From: an uncultured Desulfarculus sp.
Lineage (GTDB): Bacteria; Desulfobacterota; Desulfarculia; Desulfarculales; Desulfarculaceae
NCBI GenBank assembly: GCA_963665125.2
Contig: CAXXUK010000001.1
Coordinates: 448,001 to 512,000 of the forward strand
Length of the DNA stretch: 64,000 nucleotides
Reading direction: 5' to 3'
Shown: positions 1-9,312 of the stretch, piece by piece
Layout of the letters: every line of letters begins with the position of its first letter
Position numbering within the stretch: position 1 is the stretch's first letter
Notes under the pieces: generated by a model
What the model was told of the DNA's origin: nothing
The model's input: the letters and a program-made list of their open reading frames with translations, nothing else
Database searches by the model: none
Program-made: the position numbers and the translations under genes

Positions 1-58
1 TGTTGTTGAAGCAGGGGCCGGGGGTGCTGTAGCGGTAGGGTCCGTAGATGCCGGAAAA

Positions 59-661
59 CTAACTTGCTCTGGCCGCACGCTCTATGGCGTCATGCAATCC
101 GGAAAAATTGGTTTCAAAAGGGTGGAGCCTTTTCAATGAATTAAGGCCAATGGATTTTTGGTGGGGCTTGTTTTGGTCGAGCACAGAAGTCGGCAGGACC
201 AGGAAAGTCCATTGGTCCAGGTTTAGCGGGTTCAGCGTGGCTGAATCCCGATGCTTAAGGATACAGAAAACATAGACTTCTGCATGACGTTTTAGCTCGT
301 CAGCATAAGTGTTTGTTTCGTAGTTATAAAATTTCTTAGGGGCGATATCAAAACTGATTCTGGAGAACGATATTTGATCCCATGACTGGATATATGCGGC
401 TGATTTGACTTCAATTTTTACCCCATTGTGCGTTTCAAGATCATAAGCGTCCCATTCATTGCGAATGTCGTTCGCCGCATCTGCCGCAAGCGCTACAATA
501 AATTCGGCAAGCACGCCCCGCATGGCATTTGACACCAAATCCGAGGCGTACCAACTCCAGAATTCCTTGACGCAGTGGCCAATGGTGCGACCATCGGCAA
601 CAAAGCATTCCTCGCCGTTTAAAATCATCTTGTGTAAATTATTCAAGAGCCCCCCAGTCAA
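59..661 (-). CDS. Hypothetical protein, PD-(D/E)XK nuclease-like
   Basis: 200-aa ORF with E...YDL...IEVKS motif (LAEFIVA...WDAYDLETHNGVKIEVKSAAY); visibly more AT-rich than its neighbours; start codon uncertain. Confidence 0.6.
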   Translation of the reverse strand: MTGGLLNNLHKMILNGEECFVADGRTIGHCVKEFWSWYASDLVSNAMRGVLAEFIVALAADAANDIRNEWDAYDLETHNGVKIEVKSAAYIQSWDQISFSRISFDIAPKKFYNYETNTYADELKRHAEVYVFCILKHRDSATLNPLNLDQWTFLVLPTSVLDQNKPHQKSIGLNSLKRLHPFETNFSGLHDAIERAARAS

Positions 662-664
662 AGC

Positions 665-916
665 TTACTCTTCTTCGTTTTCCTGCTCCTGCTTCTTATG
701 AAAGGCCCAGGTGTAGGCCCGGCCCAGCAGATACAGGCACATGCAGGCCACGATCTGCACCCACAGCGCCGCCCAGAACGGCAGCCAGACCCAGGGCAGG
801 ATAAAGCAGCACAGCGCGGCGATGAAGATCAGCGCGGTGAAGACCTTGTGGTGCCGCTGCAAAAAGGCCTCGTTGCGGGCCCGGCGCTTGCGTTCGTATG
901 TTTCGTACGGGTCCAT
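665..916 (-). CDS. Small membrane protein (2 TM), hypothetical
   Basis: ATG at 916 just after the upstream gene's stop; MDPYETYERKRR followed by two hydrophobic stretches; 83 aa. Confidence 0.65.
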   Translation of the reverse strand: MDPYETYERKRRARNEAFLQRHHKVFTALIFIAALCCFILPWVWLPFWAALWVQIVACMCLYLLGRAYTWAFHKKQEQENEEE

Positions 917-918
917 GA

Positions 919-2001
919 TCAGCCGATGAGGCTCACCCCCACTTCCTTGAGCTTGCGTTCCAGCTCGTCCCTGGTGGGCACCGGCGTGCCCGGCGGCGGG
1001 AACAGGGTGGCGTATTGGGTGGCGGCCCGCTCGAAGCTGCCGTAAAAGTCGCTGTGGGCGGCCCAGTCCCTGGGGCGTCCGGCCCACTGGCCGATATTCA
1101 GGCCCAGGATGGCCACGGCCCGGCAGAAAGGGGTCCTGGGGTCTATGTCCAGGGCGGCTTTGCCCTGGGCGGCGGCTTCGCGGACGATGTCGTCCTCGGG
1201 CAGAAAGCCGAAGACCTCCACCGGCAGGCCCAGGTCCTCGGCGGCCCAGGTCTCCAACTGGCGGGCGTAGGCGAAATCCTCCACCCGGCGCACCCGGTTC
1301 AAAACCAGCTTGGGCCGCCAGCGCTGCACGGCCCTGAGAGCCCGCTGGCCCTGGCCAGGCATGGCCTTGTCAATGGCCTCCACCAGCTCGTCCATCTTCA
1401 TGGCCCCCGGCCCCCGGCCCCGCACCTGGAATTGGGCCAAGGCGGATTTGGTGCCCGCGTTGTCCCGGAAGATGCGGTCCATGGCCCGGAACACGGCGTT
1501 TTTCAGGAAATTGAAGGCATTCTTCACGGCGGGTTGCTCGGGCAGCATGATCACCAGCGACAGCGGGCTAGTCAGGTAGAAGTCCATCACCGTGATGGCC
1601 GTGCCCGCACCCAGGTCCAACAGGATGAAGTCCACGGGCTGCTTTTTCACGGCGTGGAGAATCTTGCGTTTTTTCTGGTAGCTGGGGTTGGCCGTGGCCA
1701 CCATCATGGCGTCTCCGGCCAGAAAATTGAAACGCGGCTCCAGGGCCGGAGCTACCACATCCTCGACCTTGAGGTCCTTGGCCGTCATCAGTTCGCCGAT
1801 GCCCGGCTGATCGTTGGGCAGGCCCAGGACTTCGTGCAGGTCCGAACCGCCCAGGTCGGCGTCCACCACCAGGACCGTGTGGTCCAGGCGGGCCAGGGCC
1901 AGGCCCAAATTGGCAGTAACCGCGCTTTTGCCGATGCCCCCCTTGCCGCCGCCCACGGGCAGCACGATCTGGGGGGGATCCTTCAGGGGTCTGGGGCTCA
2001 T
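919..2001 (-). CDS. MinD/FlhG/ParA-family P-loop ATPase
   Basis: Deviant Walker A GGGKGGIGKS, VVDADLG, LLDLGAG, LVLNR; GGAG RBS before ATG at 2001. Confidence 0.85.
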   Translation of the reverse strand: MSPRPLKDPPQIVLPVGGGKGGIGKSAVTANLGLALARLDHTVLVVDADLGGSDLHEVLGLPNDQPGIGELMTAKDLKVEDVVAPALEPRFNFLAGDAMMVATANPSYQKKRKILHAVKKQPVDFILLDLGAGTAITVMDFYLTSPLSLVIMLPEQPAVKNAFNFLKNAVFRAMDRIFRDNAGTKSALAQFQVRGRGPGAMKMDELVEAIDKAMPGQGQRALRAVQRWRPKLVLNRVRRVEDFAYARQLETWAAEDLGLPVEVFGFLPEDDIVREAAAQGKAALDIDPRTPFCRAVAILGLNIGQWAGRPRDWAAHSDFYGSFERAATQYATLFPPPGTPVPTRDELERKLKEVGVSLIG

Positions 2002-2029
2002 GTCGGCTCCGCCATACAGCCGTCCACGA

Positions 2030-2833
2030 TCAGTGGGCCGCCGCGGCCAGGTCGAAGAGCATCTTGCGGGCCGTGACCGGATCGGCTGGTGCCTGGGGAA
2101 TGGCGCCCCGTTCGACGATGCGGGCGAATTCCGCGCCCTGGCCCACTTCCTCGGCCACAATGACCAGATCGTCGGGCATGCCGCCGGGCATGTTGATCGC
2201 GCCGATCTTGCGAGCGGCGATGATGCCGCTGACCGGGCCGCTGACCTCGGGGATTTCGCCGTTGGTGAACACGCGGATATCCTCGGCCCCGGCAAAGGCG
2301 CCTTTACCAGTGATGCCGCCGCCCAGGACCGTGCCGCCCCGGCTGCTTTTCAAAAGGCCGTCGCCGCTGAACTGGCCGCCTCGGATGATCATGTCCCGGC
2401 TGGTGATGCCGAAGTCGTCGCCGCTGAACTGGCCCCCGGCGATTTTGGCGTCCCGCGCCTCGCTGAGGGCGCCGGCGCCGGTGAACGATCCCGTGGAAAT
2501 CAAAGCCTTTTGGGCTTCGCACAGGGCCCAGTCTCCCTGGAACAGTCCTCCGGAGATCATGATCTCCTGGGCTCCGTAAAAGGCGTTTTTACCGTTGAAG
2601 GCGCCACCTTCGACCCTGGCGCGCTCGCAAGCGTAAAAACACAAGTTGGAATTGAATACACCGCCGGTGACCAATGCCTCCTTGGCCCCGTAAAAGGCGT
2701 ACAGACCGGTGAACTCACCGCCCGCGATCTGGGCCCTGATGCAGCCCCTGTAGGCATATTGCTGGGGAAATTCTCCGGATTTGACTTTCGGCCTTTTGAG
2801 GCCCACTTTCGACGGGTCGGGACTGCGAAACAT
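2030..2833 (-). CDS. Hypothetical protein with about nine 19-aa tandem repeats (predicted beta-solenoid)
   Basis: Repeats such as QIAGGEFTGLYAFYGAKEA / LVTGGVFNSNLCFYACERA / RVEGGAFNGKNAFYGAQEI; AAGGAG RBS. Confidence 0.75.
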   Translation of the reverse strand: MFRSPDPSKVGLKRPKVKSGEFPQQYAYRGCIRAQIAGGEFTGLYAFYGAKEALVTGGVFNSNLCFYACERARVEGGAFNGKNAFYGAQEIMISGGLFQGDWALCEAQKALISTGSFTGAGALSEARDAKIAGGQFSGDDFGITSRDMIIRGGQFSGDGLLKSSRGGTVLGGGITGKGAFAGAEDIRVFTNGEIPEVSGPVSGIIAARKIGAINMPGGMPDDLVIVAEEVGQGAEFARIVERGAIPQAPADPVTARKMLFDLAAAAH

Positions 2834-3053
2834 CGGCGATGGCTCCTTATAGAAAAACTGCTACAGGATTACTCATAGCGGACAGGAGATGTCAAGAACG
2901 CTTTTTCCAATGGGCTTTCGTGGCCATATTTACATTGGGCAATGGATGATGTTGTTTTTTGCCGGGTTCAAATTCCGTGAGTTTACGGCATGTGTTAATA
3001 TCTTATTTTTGAAGGGTAACGGCTTTTGCCGCATAGACGGCGGTGGTTTTAGC

Positions 3054-4508
3054 GTGGACGCCAAAAAGAAAACACAGCATTTGCCGGGTTGGCGGCCTTC
3101 GGTGTTGGTGCTCGATGACGAGTGGACCACCCTGGAGGTCATCAAGAGTTCGCTGGTCAACCAGTTTGCAGTGGAGATAGCCTCCCGGGCCGACCATGCC
3201 GTTTCCCTAATGGAAGCCAGGCACTTCGACGTGGTTCTCACCGATGTCCGAATGCCCGACTGCGACGGCCTGAGCCTGGTCAAGGATCTCAAATCCCGTT
3301 TTCCCGAAACCCAATACATTCTGATGACGGCGTTTTCCGATATCGAGGACACCATCAGCGCCATTCGCCTGGGCGTTGCCGATTACCTGCGCAAGCCATT
3401 CACAATGGGCGAGGTCCAACACGCCCTGAACCGTTGCCTGGAGCGTAGACGCCTGCGCCGGGAGGTGGCCAGCCTGCGCGCGGGCAAAGGCATTACCCTG
3501 TCGGACATCCTGGCCCGGGACCAGGTCATGGCCCGCCTGCGCGACTTGGCCGAAACCGTGGCCCCAACCGACGTGACGGTCTTGATCAGCGGAGAGACCG
3601 GCACCGGCAAAAGCGTGTTGGCCAAGGCTATTCACAATACCAGCCCCCGTTGCGACCGGCCCTTCACGGAAATCAACTGCGCGGCCATTCCGGAACCCCT
3701 CATTGAGAGTGAATTGTTCGGCCACGAAAAAGGGGCCTTTACCGGGGCCGTGGCCCGCAAGATCGGCCGGGTGGAGGCTGCCGAGGGCGGCACGCTGCTG
3801 TTGGACGAAGTGGGCGAAATGTCGCTGGATATGCAGGCCAAGCTGCTGCGGTTTTTGCAGGAGTTCACCTTTGAGCGGGTGGGCGGCACAAAGAAGCTTT
3901 CCGCCGATGTGCGGGTCATAGCGGCCACCAACCGCAACCTGCGCCAGGCCGTACAGGAAGGGCGGTTCCGGGAAGACCTGTACTACCGCCTGCACGTGAT
4001 AGAACTGTACCTGCCGCCCCTGCGGGATCGTAGAAGCGATATCTCCACCCTGGCCGAAACGTTCATGCAGCGCTTCGGTATCAAATACGACAAGCAAGTG
4101 CGGGGCCTGTCCGCCTTTGCCCGCAAGCAGATGATGGAATACCATTGGCCGGGCAATGTACGCGAAATGGAACACTCCCTGGAACGTGCGGTTATCCTGT
4201 GCCAGGGTTCGGTGGTGGAAAAGCTGGATCTATCTCACCACGGCACGGCTGAGGCAGACCCGGCCGCGCCCCAGGACAGCCCCGGACCGGCCATGACGGA
4301 AATGGCGACCACTCAGGCGGTTGATGTGGACCTGACGGAATACATAGATTCCTGCGAAAAGAGCTATCTGGAGAGTCTGCTGGACCGTTACGCCGGGCGC
4401 ATAGGCCAGGTCGCCAAGGCCGCCGGAGTCAACCCCAAGACCCTTTATCTGAAAATGAACAGGCATGGCCTGCGCAAGGAGGATTACCGCCAAGGGCGGA
4501 GCCGTTAA
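3054..4508 (+). CDS. Sigma54-dependent response regulator (NtrC/AtoC family)
   Basis: Receiver (VLDDE, TDVRMP, LRKP), AAA+ GETGTGKS, GAFTGA, WPGNVRE, C-terminal HTH; start approximate (GTG 3054). Confidence 0.9.
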   Translation: MDAKKKTQHLPGWRPSVLVLDDEWTTLEVIKSSLVNQFAVEIASRADHAVSLMEARHFDVVLTDVRMPDCDGLSLVKDLKSRFPETQYILMTAFSDIEDTISAIRLGVADYLRKPFTMGEVQHALNRCLERRRLRREVASLRAGKGITLSDILARDQVMARLRDLAETVAPTDVTVLISGETGTGKSVLAKAIHNTSPRCDRPFTEINCAAIPEPLIESELFGHEKGAFTGAVARKIGRVEAAEGGTLLLDEVGEMSLDMQAKLLRFLQEFTFERVGGTKKLSADVRVIAATNRNLRQAVQEGRFREDLYYRLHVIELYLPPLRDRRSDISTLAETFMQRFGIKYDKQVRGLSAFARKQMMEYHWPGNVREMEHSLERAVILCQGSVVEKLDLSHHGTAEADPAAPQDSPGPAMTEMATTQAVDVDLTEYIDSCEKSYLESLLDRYAGRIGQVAKAAGVNPKTLYLKMNRHGLRKEDYRQGRSR

Positions 4509-4606
4509 AAACCTCGCGGTAAAACCACGGCCGTGTAATAATTGACCCGTGATGGATCGGAAAGAATCTTTTTTCCGGCGGCGTCTATTAGCCATGGAGG
4601 ATTCAC

Positions 4607-5017
4607 ATGAAAAATAGGGCTGTCATTTCTATCGTTGTAACAGTGGTGCTCATGGCTGGATTTGCGGCTGTAGGCTGCGGCGGCAGGGGGCCTTCCGGCA
4701 GCGCTTATGAAGGCGCAGGCGTTGGAGCGGCCGTGGGCGGCGTGGCCGGCGCTCTTATCGATGACGACAACCGTTGGCGCGGCGGCGTGATCGGCGGCGC
4801 TTTGGGTGCGGCCTTGGGCGGCGCCATGGGCGAAATCAGCAACAGGGCGGCCCGCGAGGCCAGCACCTACCAAAAGCCGGTGTATTATCAAAACCAGGCC
4901 GGTCAGCGCGTCGAGGCCTACCCCCAGGGCAACCGCGGCAATTGCCACGTGGTCAAGGAAAAGTATTACGACCAGGGTCAACTGGTTAAGGTCGTTGAAC
5001 GCACTGTCTGCGACTGA
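4607..5017 (+). CDS. Glycine-zipper lipoprotein
   Basis: GGAGG RBS, signal peptide with lipobox AVGC, Gly-zipper GAGVGAAVGGVAGA...GGVIGGALGAALGG. Confidence 0.8.
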   Translation: MKNRAVISIVVTVVLMAGFAAVGCGGRGPSGSAYEGAGVGAAVGGVAGALIDDDNRWRGGVIGGALGAALGGAMGEISNRAAREASTYQKPVYYQNQAGQRVEAYPQGNRGNCHVVKEKYYDQGQLVKVVERTVCD

Positions 5018-5104
5018 TGTAAAAAATATCGACCAGGGCCGGAGCATTCCTCCGGCGCTGCGGCCGGCGGCGGGCCTTGGCCCCGACCGGCCGGATTTGT
5101 TTGG

Positions 5105-6247
5105 ATGATTGACTTGAGCGACAACATCGAAAAAGAGCAAGTGCACCTGTTGGGCCTGTACGGCCCGGAAGACCTTCATGGCGGCGATGTCTGGGGCGCC
5201 TCGAGAAAACTGGGCATCCCGGTGGAACAGATCCTCGATCTTTCCGCTTCCCTGAATCCGCTGGGCCCGCCACCGGGCCTGCGAGATGTGATCAACGACG
5301 CCTTTGACCGCATCTGCCATTATCCCGACCGCCGCGCATATGACCTGCGCCAGGCCATTGCCGACAAGCTCGGCGTCGCCCGGGTGAACGTCTTGCCAGG
5401 CAACGGCTCCACGGCGCTTATCCGCCTGATGGCCAAGTCGTTGGACCTCCATGAAATTTATATTTATTCCCCTGTGTTCGGTGAATTCCGGCGCGGGTTT
5501 GCTTCGTCGGGCAGGCATTTTCATTATCAGCAACTGGCCGAAGCCAACGGATTTATCGTTACACGCCATGATGTGGATTTGATGCTGGAAAATGAGCCCT
5601 CCGCCATCGTGGTCACCAACCCCTCCACGCCGGCCGGAGCCCTCAGCGCCACCGAAGACTTGGAGTATTTGCTGGAACAGGCGCACCGCCGGGGTATTTG
5701 GGTCATCCTGGACGAGGCCTTCATCGACTTCGCGCCCGTGGAAGCTGGCAAATGGTCGCTTCAATTGGTCGATAAATACCCCAGGCTCATCGTCCTGCGT
5801 TCCATGACCAAATTCTACTGCATGGCCGGTCTGCGCCTTGGATATGCCCTGGGCAACCGCCACGCCTTGGCCGAGATGCTGCCCCTTTCCGAGCCGTGGG
5901 CTGTGAACACCATGGCCCAGGAGGCGGGCTTGTTTTGCCTGGACCAGGACAGCTACGCCGACAAGACACGGCGCACGGTGGACCTCTGGCGCGGCCAGCA
6001 GGCCGAGTTGTTGGCCGGTCTGGGCCTCCACGTCCTGCCGAGCAGCGTGAACTATCTGCTTTGCCGGCTGCCGGACAGTGGTCCGGACGCGTCCGCCGTG
6101 GCGGCGTTCTGCGCCGGCAAGGGCGTTTTGGTTCGTGACGCCTCCAACTTCAGGGGCTGTACGCCCCGGCACCTGCGCCTGGCGGTGACCACGCCGGAAA
6201 ACCAGCAGCGGCTGAGCGGTGTCTTGAAAGAGGCGTTAGCCATTTGA
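5105..6247 (+). CDS. cobD: Threonine-phosphate decarboxylase (class I/II PLP enzyme, cobalamin synthesis)
   Basis: HGGD...DLSASLNPLGPP, HYPD, GNGS, DEAFIDF, LRSMTKFY..AGLRLGY. Confidence 0.8.
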   Translation: MIDLSDNIEKEQVHLLGLYGPEDLHGGDVWGASRKLGIPVEQILDLSASLNPLGPPPGLRDVINDAFDRICHYPDRRAYDLRQAIADKLGVARVNVLPGNGSTALIRLMAKSLDLHEIYIYSPVFGEFRRGFASSGRHFHYQQLAEANGFIVTRHDVDLMLENEPSAIVVTNPSTPAGALSATEDLEYLLEQAHRRGIWVILDEAFIDFAPVEAGKWSLQLVDKYPRLIVLRSMTKFYCMAGLRLGYALGNRHALAEMLPLSEPWAVNTMAQEAGLFCLDQDSYADKTRRTVDLWRGQQAELLAGLGLHVLPSSVNYLLCRLPDSGPDASAVAAFCAGKGVLVRDASNFRGCTPRHLRLAVTTPENQQRLSGVLKEALAI

Positions 6248-6336
6248 CAGGCAACTTGATTTTCTAATATGATCCATTGCTGATATCGGAAAAAACTCCA
6301 AAAACCCGCAATGCGGCACAGCAAAAGAGGTAATTT

Positions 6337-7137
6337 ATGAGCCAGCCGGTTATCATCGAAAAGAAAGGCCATATCGCCTATATCACCTTGAACAGGCCTG
6401 AAAAGTACAACGCCCTGAACCTGGCCACCTATGAGACGTTTCTGGCGGAACTGCCCAAGCTGGACCAGGATGACGAGGTCCGCGTCATAGTGCTCAGGGC
6501 CAACGGCAAGAACTTTACCTCCGGCATCGACCTCGGCGACATCTCCGCCGTTGTCGGCGAGCCCACCGCCCGCAAGCGCGAGGCCCTGCGCCAGCATGTA
6601 TTTCATTTGCAAGAGTGCATGAATGTCTTTGAGAAGTGCCGCAAGCCGGTCATCGCCGCCATTCACGGCGCCTGCATCGGCGGCGGCATCGACCTCACCG
6701 CGGCCTGCGACATCCGCCTGTGCACGGCCGACTCCCGCTACAGCATCCGCGAAACCAAGATGGCCATCATCGCCGACCTGGGCACCCTCCAGCGCTTCCA
6801 CACCATTGTGGGCCAGGGATGGTACCGCGAACTGGCTCTGACCAGCCGCGACTTCGGCGCCGCCGAGGCCAAGGAAATGGGCTTTGTGACCCATATCTAC
6901 GCCGACCAGGACGAGCTCTACGCCGAGGCCGACAAGATGGCCGCTGACATCGCCGCCATGCCGCCGCTGACCGTCCAGGGCACCAAGGACGTCATGAACT
7001 TTACCCGCGATTTCGGCGTGCAGGCCGGCCTGCAATACATCGCCCAGAAAAACGCGGCAATGATCTTCAGCGACGACCTCATGGAAGCCGTGACCGCTTT
7101 CATGGAAAAACGGCCGCCCCAGTTCAAAGGCGAATAA
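6337..7137 (+). CDS. Enoyl-CoA hydratase/isomerase (crotonase family)
   Basis: LNRPEKYNAL, FTSGIDL, KPVIAAIHGACIGGG, DLGTLQR, FMEKRPPQFKG. Confidence 0.9.
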   Translation: MSQPVIIEKKGHIAYITLNRPEKYNALNLATYETFLAELPKLDQDDEVRVIVLRANGKNFTSGIDLGDISAVVGEPTARKREALRQHVFHLQECMNVFEKCRKPVIAAIHGACIGGGIDLTAACDIRLCTADSRYSIRETKMAIIADLGTLQRFHTIVGQGWYRELALTSRDFGAAEAKEMGFVTHIYADQDELYAEADKMAADIAAMPPLTVQGTKDVMNFTRDFGVQAGLQYIAQKNAAMIFSDDLMEAVTAFMEKRPPQFKGE

Positions 7138-7151
7138 CGCGAGGCTCGCGT

Positions 7152-7266
7152 TCCCATATCGCCGGCAGGACTCAGTCCTCAGATGAGCGCTTGTGGCCCC
7201 GGCCCAATGCTTGGGCTCCCATATCGCGGGCAGGACTCAGTCCTCGGATGAGCGCTTGTGGCCCCG
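7152..7266. repeat. Tandem 50-bp direct repeat, 2 copies, period 65
   Basis: tcccatatcgc(c/g)ggcaggactcagtcctc(a/g)gatgagcgcttgtggccccg at 7152-7201 and 7217-7266, 2 mismatches. Confidence 0.9.
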
Positions 7267-7291
7267 AGTGGGTTCACTGCATAAGACTTAG

Positions 7292-7336
7292 AAAAATAAA
7301 AAGGCCTCGGCAGGATGAGCTCCCGCCGGGGCCTTT
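7292..7336. terminator. Intrinsic terminator, probably bidirectional (longer U-tract on minus strand)
   Basis: Stem aaggcctcggcagga/tcccgccggggcctt, preceded by an A-run and followed by ttt. Confidence 0.7.
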
Positions 7337-7448
7337 GCATTGGGCAAGACCACAGCCGCCCGGTTTAACCGGCCCCGCACCTGCCATCAGGCACTACCCG
7401 CACGCCGAGTCATGGCATAGGCCTGCCTGAGACAATCGATCACACACG

Positions 7449-8140
7449 CCAACACGCACTGAGTATCTACAAATTTCAGCGTAGCCCAGGGAACCTCTGA
7501 CCCAACTCGAGGCAACGTCATTTGGAGGGGGAGGCGGGGTCTGAGGGACCCCACTTCCCCCAGGGAAAAATATTCATTCCAAATGATTGAAGTAGTTAAA
7601 GGGCCCAAGCGAGCACTACATTAGAATTAAAAAACATGCCTCCGGCGGCCAGAGGGGATTCTTCGCTTTTGAGCAATATCAAAAGCTCGCCATCCCCTCT
7701 GGACTCCCCGCTCGCAAAAATATATCTGGCCCAGCAGGATCGGGACCGGCCCCGCGAAGATCATGTCAGTGGCGCTATCTCTACACTGCCCAGTTGTGGA
7801 CCGCACTGCTATTGGCCAAATTCCTTGGCTGCATTTCGAAAACGGCGTGGGGGCAGTGCCTGGAGCGTGTGTCGTGGCCGATCGGGCCGGTAGAAGTTGC
7901 TATTTCGCGAACCATACGGCCCCAAACTTGTCATCGGGCACGACCTTTAGCGCCGGTAGCGTAACGCAGGCTTGCTACAACCGGTCCCAGTTATTCTCCA
8001 ACACGCACGGATTGACTATTTCTACAGGCGCAGCCCAGGGAGCCTCAGACTCATCTTGAGGCAACGTCATTTGGGGGGGAGAGGGGGCTTGGGGGTAGAC
8101 GGGGACCACCTTTGTCGAAAGGGGGTCCCCACTACCCCCA
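7449..8140. repeat. Pair of imperfect dispersed direct repeats (7449-7562 and 7998-8140) plus a REP-like palindrome near 7637-7710
   Basis: Shared ccaacacgcac, gcg(t/c)agcccaggga...gaggcaacgtcatttgg and cccact(t/a)ccccca blocks, offset 549 bp; ccagaggggat...atcccctctgg hairpin. Confidence 0.75.
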
Positions 8141-8227
8141 TATAACAAAATGATTTTCCAGGAAATATGGATCAGCAGCGCATGCGGTCGAGCACGGCTC
8201 TACAGACATAAAAATATAAATTACCGC

Positions 8228-9250
8228 CTAAATCAGTTTGATCTTCCGGGCGATATCAAACTCCATCTCGGCCAGGGGCCGCCGCCGCAGACGGTGGGGC
8301 AGGGCCAGCAGCGCGGCCGCGTCCACATCGGCCCTCTCCACAACCCGGCGGCCGTCCAACGCGGCCAGTGTCGTGGCGCATTTCAGCAGGGTCAGGTCGC
8401 CACGGTGCCCGTCCACGCCCAGGCCCAGGGTGATGTCCACAACCCGTTGCAGGATCTCGTCTCCTGCCTTGACTCTGGGCAGCAGCTTGCGGGCCTTGGC
8501 GATGATCCTGGTCAGCTTGCGCCCGGCCGGGGCGAATTTTTGGGCAAAGCGTTTGGGGTCTTTTTCAAAGGCCAGGCGGTTGTTGATCACCTCCATGCGC
8601 TGGGCCGGGTCGTTCAGACCGGCCACCTGCACGCACAGGCCGAAGCGGTCGGTCAACTGGGGCCTCAACTCGCCCTCCTCGGGGTTCATGGTGCCCACCA
8701 GGGTGAACCTGGCCGGATGCACCACGCTGATGGATTCGCGCTCCACCGTGTTGGTTCCCATGGCCGCCGCATCCAAAAGCGCGTCAACCAGGTGATCGTC
8801 AAGCAGGTTGACCTCGTCGACATACAGTATCTGGCGGTTGGCCGCGGCCAGGATGCCCGGCTGGAAGCGGGCCTCGCCCTCGGCCAGGGCGCTCTCCAGG
8901 TCCAGGGTGCCCAGGAGCCGGTCCTCGGTGGCCCCCACGGGCAACTCCACCACCCGCACCCGCCGTGTCTCCACGGGCAACTCCTCGCCTTTGCCGAGGC
9001 GCTCCAGGCAGGACGCGCACATGGTGCTTCTGTCGGCCGGGTTGCAGCAATACCCGCAATCGGCCACGACATCCTGCTCGGGCAGAAGCTCGGCCAGGGC
9101 CCGCACGGCCGTGGATTTGGCCGTGCCTTTTTCGCCCCGGATCAACACGCCGCCAACCCTGGGGTTGACCACGTTGACCAATAGAGCCAGTTTCATCTGT
9201 TCCTGGCCCACCAGGGCCGCGAAGGGATATGTTGCGGATTCTAAAGCCAT
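8228..9250 (-). CDS. chlI: Mg/Co-chelatase ATPase subunit I (ChlI/BchI family)
   Basis: YPFAALVGQE, GEKGTAKST, LPVGATEDR, LYVDEVNLL, MNPEEGELRPQLTDRFG. Confidence 0.85.
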   Translation of the reverse strand: MALESATYPFAALVGQEQMKLALLVNVVNPRVGGVLIRGEKGTAKSTAVRALAELLPEQDVVADCGYCCNPADRSTMCASCLERLGKGEELPVETRRVRVVELPVGATEDRLLGTLDLESALAEGEARFQPGILAAANRQILYVDEVNLLDDHLVDALLDAAAMGTNTVERESISVVHPARFTLVGTMNPEEGELRPQLTDRFGLCVQVAGLNDPAQRMEVINNRLAFEKDPKRFAQKFAPAGRKLTRIIAKARKLLPRVKAGDEILQRVVDITLGLGVDGHRGDLTLLKCATTLAALDGRRVVERADVDAAALLALPHRLRRRPLAEMEFDIARKIKLI

Positions 9251-9312
9251 TTGCCAGCCTGTACCAAAACATTAAATCAAATACTTTAAGTAAAACGCCA
9301 ATCGGTTGCTTT

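Noticed and set aside
7152..7266. Mini-CRISPR array
   Set aside because: Only two copies, repeat too long (50 bp), spacer too short (15 bp), no cas genes or leader.
7152..7336. ANTAR-target twin hairpin or riboswitch
   Set aside because: Loops do not fit the hexaloop ANTAR pattern, and the element lies 3' of convergent genes rather than in a leader.
7387..8059. ORFs 7387-7608, 7636-7893 and 7763-8059
   Set aside because: No recognisable motifs or RBS, and they run through palindromic repeats.
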